A stretch of 19,650 nucleotides of DNA from sequence record CP068400.1. The stretch is one strand, 5' to 3'. The notes beneath the pieces were generated by a model. It had not been told where the DNA came from and searched no databases. It saw only the letters and a list, made by a program, of their open reading frames with translations. The translations under genes and the position numbers were made by a program. Shown piece after piece: positions 15,910 through 19,650 of the stretch (position 1 is the stretch's first letter; the number at the start of each line of letters is the position of its first letter). This DNA is from a plasmid.

Positions 15910-17127
15910 TCAAATATTGTGACTGGCATCCGATGAGCTCGGCCCGGACAGAGTACCGTCACGACTTTGGCGGGCTTCACGGAACAATGAGCGGAGGAGG
16001 GCGCGGGAATTGTCCACGCCATGACGGGCCAGCAGGTCAAATGGATCGTTGCCGTCCTCAAACAGGCAACGAGAAAGCGGCACGGAATAAACTGGAGGAT
16101 AGCGACGAGTGTTAGCCTCCGCGATACTTTGCGCTATCTCCTCGCCTACGCCCACGTCGCCCACGATGTAGATCGGGCTGTGGTCGTAAACAATGCGCAG
16201 CTCATCAATGACTGCGGCAAAATTATTGCAGCTCATTGCACAGAACACAGGCAATGCTCCGCCCATAGCGAGAGACAGGGCCAGCCCAGAGGTAAAACCC
16301 TCGCAGATAAACAGAGGTGAACCGTGACGGGCCTTGTCGATGTTGAACGGGTAGAAGCTCCCGCCACGCTGGGCACCCTTGAGGCCGCGTTTTGCTCCGG
16401 TGAATGACAGCTCAGTTTCTGGGCTAGGGCGACCGCAAACGATCTCGACGGTGCTCATGCCCAGCTGCAACTCGTCATCAAAGCGATACAAAGGGATAAT
16501 CATCGAGTGATTCCAGAAAATTCCCTTGCTGGATGCGCCTTTTTCAAAGGTGCGCCAGTTTGCGGCTTTTACGTCATCCGGGAGCGGTAGGGGCAGTGCG
16601 GCTGCACTGCATTTGCCCTGCCAGTATGGCGACAGCGCGGGATCGAGACTGGCCTTGTTATAAATCTGCGTAGCCTGCCGGACGGCAATCTGGCGCTGCC
16701 GTTCGTCAGCCTCCAGTGCTACCCGGTGGGCCTCCTCCATTTCCCGGCGCTGTGCTTCACGTCTGGCGAGGTCTGCGGCGGTCGGTTGGTAGGAGCCAAA
16801 GCGCCCAGAGTGGATCTCCGGGATAAGACCAGAATCACGCAGGAACGCGCCAGCCATGGAGAACGGGCTGAGTTTTTCGAGAGACTGAGGGCGGAGAGCG
16901 GCGCGAATAAGTCCCGCGTCAGCCGGGGCTGCATTAACGCCTGATGCGCTCCAGCGCTCGCAGATGGTCTGCGCATCGCCCAGCCTCAGGATGTTAGCCC
17001 AGCAGGCGATCTGCCGTACCTGCTGCACCCACCCAAGATAATCAGATGCAGGCAGCACGCGTGCCAGCGCCTCATCAAACACGCCGGGCCACAACAGGTA
17101 TTCGTCTTTGCTCTCGCTCATTCTCAT
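15910..17127 (-). CDS. Toprim-domain DNA primase-like protein (~405 aa), satellite-phage (P4 alpha-type) or plasmid primase-like
   Basis: C-terminal Toprim signature LFICEGFTSGLALS ... IYIVGDVGVGEEIAQSIA (invariant Glu and acidic cluster). The start ATG at 17127 overlaps the AlpA stop as ATGA. No helicase P-loop. Confidence 0.7.
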   Translation of the reverse strand: MRMSESKDEYLLWPGVFDEALARVLPASDYLGWVQQVRQIACWANILRLGDAQTICERWSASGVNAAPADAGLIRAALRPQSLEKLSPFSMAGAFLRDSGLIPEIHSGRFGSYQPTAADLARREAQRREMEEAHRVALEADERQRQIAVRQATQIYNKASLDPALSPYWQGKCSAAALPLPLPDDVKAANWRTFEKGASSKGIFWNHSMIIPLYRFDDELQLGMSTVEIVCGRPSPETELSFTGAKRGLKGAQRGGSFYPFNIDKARHGSPLFICEGFTSGLALSLAMGGALPVFCAMSCNNFAAVIDELRIVYDHSPIYIVGDVGVGEEIAQSIAEANTRRYPPVYSVPLSRCLFEDGNDPFDLLARHGVDNSRALLRSLFREARQSRDGTLSGPSSSDASHNI

Positions 17128-17309
17128 CTCTCCGGGCGTCTTTGCGCCTTGATTACCTTCTTTAGCTCCGGGGTAAGCCACCAGTAATGGCCTCCCGGAT
17201 ATGTCCTGCCGTCTGGGGTAGGTACTTTTCCCGCAGCGATCAGGTTGTCCAGGTGGCGAGCGCTGATCCTCAGTGATTCAGCGAGCGCCTTTCGATAAAT
17301 TTTTCTCAA
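17124..17309 (-). CDS. AlpA/Vis/excisionase-family HTH regulator (61 aa)
   Basis: LAESLRISARHLDNLIAAGKVPTPDG....WWLTPELKKVI matches the prophage AlpA-type pattern (HTH followed by conserved P.P and W). Confidence 0.55.
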   Translation of the reverse strand: MRKIYRKALAESLRISARHLDNLIAAGKVPTPDGRTYPGGHYWWLTPELKKVIKAQRRPER

Positions 17310-17676
17310 AGGGTTGGTCTCAACTTCAAAAGGATTTGGCCCCGAAGGGCCGGAGGTACTTTCATGCCAAAAGCATTTTGCAGGTCATAAGGGCTTATGC
17401 GGTGATGCGGGTATTTCTACCCCGGAGAGAGCCGCACTGATCTGCGCCTTTCGCTCTCACGCCCCGTAATGGGTGGAGAGCGCACCCATCTAACCCCTCG
17501 TGGCTGGGGTGTCCTTCAACAAACTGCCGTTGAAATTGGTAAGCGGTGCCCTTGTGATTGCTCCGCCGTGATCAATATAGAAAAAATTGCGGAATTGTGT
17601 CAAGATAAAAAACACGATAAAACCAGCAATGGCGCGGCTTACGGCGTATATGACGTAATGAAAGGCGGTTATAAAA

Positions 17677-18073
17677 ATGGATTCTCCAACACCCGAAAAA
17701 CTCCAGCTTGTCGGAGCCGTCGAGGCTTACCCGGATTTGATGCCCGGCATTCTGTTTGTCACCTGCCCGGATAAAGCAAAATCATGTGTCAGTGTCAGCA
17801 CCTGCCAGCGTCTTCACGACGAAACGATAAGTCGTAAGGCAGACCCTGAGGCTTGCGCCAGACCATGCTCACGATGCGCTACGGGAGTGATTTTGTGGCG
17901 CGGTGAATCTTCACGGCTACCTCCCGTTAATATTGAGCATTGCCCTCGATGCGGGAGAACAGGGAGACTTGTTGGGAAGAAGAACGGCAGCAAGGCTACA
18001 CCATGGAGCGTGTGTTGCGTGTCTTGCTGGAATCGCGTCGCTGAGAACAAAAAGGGCGTTGGAGCCCGTGGGA
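17677..18073 (+). pseudogene. 5' part (132 codons) of the backbone zinc-ribbon protein gene interrupted by the Tn3-family insertion
   Basis: MDSPTPEKLQLVGA...CPRCGRTGRLVGKKNGSKATPWSVCCVSCWNRV... runs in-frame into the inverted repeat, where a transposon-encoded tail follows. The frame continues at 3379 after excising the transposon and one TGGGA copy. Confidence 0.75.
18069..18073. repeat. 5-bp target site duplication TGGGA (copy 2)
   Basis: Identical to 3374..3378 and directly abutting the inverted repeat at 18074..18111. Confidence 0.85.
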
Positions 18074-18111
18074 GGGGTCTGACGCTCAGTGGAACGAAAA
18101 CTCACGTTAAG
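18074..18111. repeat. Tn3-family 38-bp terminal inverted repeat (tnpA-proximal end)
   Basis: GGGGTCTGACGCTCAGTGGAACGAAAACTCACGTTAAG; the tnpA stop codon lies inside it. Confidence 0.95.
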
Positions 18112-19650
18112 CAACGTTTTCTGCCTCTGACGCCTCTTTTAATGGTCTCAGATGTCCTTTGGTCACCAGTTCTGCCAGCGTGAAGGAATAATGGCCGAGC
18201 ATATTGATATGTCCGTGGCAAAGCGGGGAGAGGCGTGCGATATCTTCATCATTCAGTGTTTCACCCTGCGCCCGGAGATGATCCAGGGCTGCCTGCATAT
18301 AAATAGTGTTCCATAACACGACGGCGTTAGTGACCAGCCCCAGTGTGCCCAGTTGATCTTCCTGACCGTCGGTATATCGTTTTCTTATCTCACCTTTTTG
18401 ACCGTGACAGATGGCTCTGGCAACGGCATGGCGACTTTCTCCCCGATTAAGCTGGGTCAGAATGCGCCGGCGGTAATCTTCATCATCAATATAATTAAGC
18501 AGATACAGCGTTTTGTTGATGCGCCCCACTTCAATGATTGCCTGAGTCAGTCCGGAAGGACGTTCACTTTTCAGCAATGAACGGACCAGCACTGAAACCT
18601 GTACTTTGCCCAGCTTCAGGGAGCCAGCGGTCCGGATCATTTCGTCCCACTGAAGGACTATTTTTCGGGGATCTGATTGCCCTCTGGCAATATCATTCAG
18701 CACGCCATAGTCGGCATCATGGTCCATTCGCCAGAAAACCGAAGCACCGGCATCAGCCAGGCGTGGAGAAAACTGGTATCCCAGCAGCCAGAAAAGGCCA
18801 AAGACAAGTTCGCTGGCACCTGCTGTATCGGTCATAATTTCGGTTGGATTCAGCCCGGTCTCCTGTTCCAGAAGACCTTCCAGCACAAAGATAGAGTCCC
18901 TCAGCGTCCCCGGTATAACGATGCCATGAAAGCCGGAATACTGATCGGACACAAAGTTGTACCAGGTGATCCCTCTGTTATTACCAAAGTATTTGCGGTT
19001 CGGTCCGGCATTGATTGTTCTGACTGGCGTAACAAAGCGCATTCCATCTGCAGATGCCACTTCTCCTCCACCCCATATCTGTGCCAGTGGCAGCGTTGCC
19101 TGAAAATCAACCAGTCTGGCATTAGCGCTGGTGATAGTTTCAGCCCGCAGATAGTTCGCTTTTGTCCAGTTCAGCCGGTGTCGGGTCAGTGCAGGAACAT
19201 TTGATCTGATCAGTGGTTCCAGACCGATATTGCAGGCTTCAGCCATCAGCACGGCGCTGATGCTGACGGGCAGATCATCAACTCTGGCACTGGCTTCACT
19301 GGCATGGAAAAACTCATCAGCAAATCCGGTATGGGCGTTAATTTCGAGCAGCAACTCCGTTAAATCCACCGGAGGGAGTAGATCACTGATCATTTTGCTC
19401 AGTCGTTTCAGACTGTCCGGCTCATCAAGACTGGCGAGGGGAGAAATTGTCAACCGGGGCTTCGGGCCAGAAACATCGAGTTCGACAGCCTCATTTTCGC
19501 AAAGACGTGCAGCAACCTGTCTGTAACGACTATCAAGCTGATGACCCAGAGATTTTATTGCTTCCTGCGGGTCTGTCGGGTGCCCCAAAGAACGATAAAC
19601 CTTAATCCGGTTTGCCTGCCAGTCAGCACCCTGTAGTAATCTTGCACGAG
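18107..19650 (-). CDS. tnpA: Tn3-family transposase TnpA, 3' part (C-terminal 514 codons); joined in-frame to 1..1462 across the circular junction (total 1001 aa)
   Basis: Minus-strand translation ...ARLLQGADWQANRIKVYRSLGHPTDPQEAIKSLGHQLDSRYRQ...EASEAENVA* is recognised as the Tn3 TnpA C-terminus. It has no start codon inside the window. The ORF-track M at 19588 is an internal TTG. Confidence 0.95.
   Translation of the reverse strand, partial: RARLLQGADWQANRIKVYRSLGHPTDPQEAIKSLGHQLDSRYRQVAARLCENEAVELDVSGPKPRLTISPLASLDEPDSLKRLSKMISDLLPPVDLTELLLEINAHTGFADEFFHASEASARVDDLPVSISAVLMAEACNIGLEPLIRSNVPALTRHRLNWTKANYLRAETITSANARLVDFQATLPLAQIWGGGEVASADGMRFVTPVRTINAGPNRKYFGNNRGITWYNFVSDQYSGFHGIVIPGTLRDSIFVLEGLLEQETGLNPTEIMTDTAGASELVFGLFWLLGYQFSPRLADAGASVFWRMDHDADYGVLNDIARGQSDPRKIVLQWDEMIRTAGSLKLGKVQVSVLVRSLLKSERPSGLTQAIIEVGRINKTLYLLNYIDDEDYRRRILTQLNRGESRHAVARAICHGQKGEIRKRYTDGQEDQLGTLGLVTNAVVLWNTIYMQAALDHLRAQGETLNDEDIARLSPLCHGHINMLGHYSFTLAELVTKGHLRPLKEASEAENVA

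Larger units (their letters stand above)
18074..19650. mobile_element. Tn3/Tn2-type transposon, left portion (IRL plus tnpA 3' part), continuing at base 1
   Basis: See the two tnpA features and the terminal inverted repeats. Confidence 0.93.

Noticed and set aside
17469-17774. 101-aa plus-strand ORF overlapping the start of the zinc-ribbon gene
   Set aside because: It has no Shine-Dalgarno, is out of frame with the well-supported 17677 start, and has low-complexity composition.

Overview
The window reads as a complete 19,650-bp circular replicon linearised inside a gene. Its two ends (19650 and 1) join in-frame within one Tn3-family tnpA ORF, so the transposase is not truncated. A 4,950-bp Tn3/Tn2-type transposon carries tnpA, res, tnpR and blaTEM-1, has 38-bp terminal inverted repeats and a 5-bp TGGGA target duplication, and has inserted into a backbone gene for a multi-zinc-ribbon protein of about 404 aa. 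The other ~14.7 kb is an uncharacterised plasmid backbone. It contains an iteron-type origin, with about 15 copies of the hexamer GTAACC/GGTTAC flanking an 80-bp AT-rich block. Next to it is a 518-aa protein with two perfect DnaA boxes in its promoter region and a candidate countertranscript/attenuator arrangement in its leader. A satellite-phage-like AlpA-family regulator plus Toprim primase module is followed by two small accessory genes. A serine recombinase with a candidate res site sits divergent from a four-gene overlapping operon. A ribbon-helix-helix protein gene overlaps a 154-aa gene. A 916-aa coiled-coil, proline-rich, glycine-zipper protein of unknown function lies immediately downstream of the transposon-disrupted gene. 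No integrase, relaxase, P-loop ATPase, capsid gene, CRISPR array or tRNA was found in the backbone. The most novel candidates are the 916-aa protein with its zinc-ribbon partner, and the replicon architecture (hexamer-iteron origin plus a separate Toprim primase on a plasmid).
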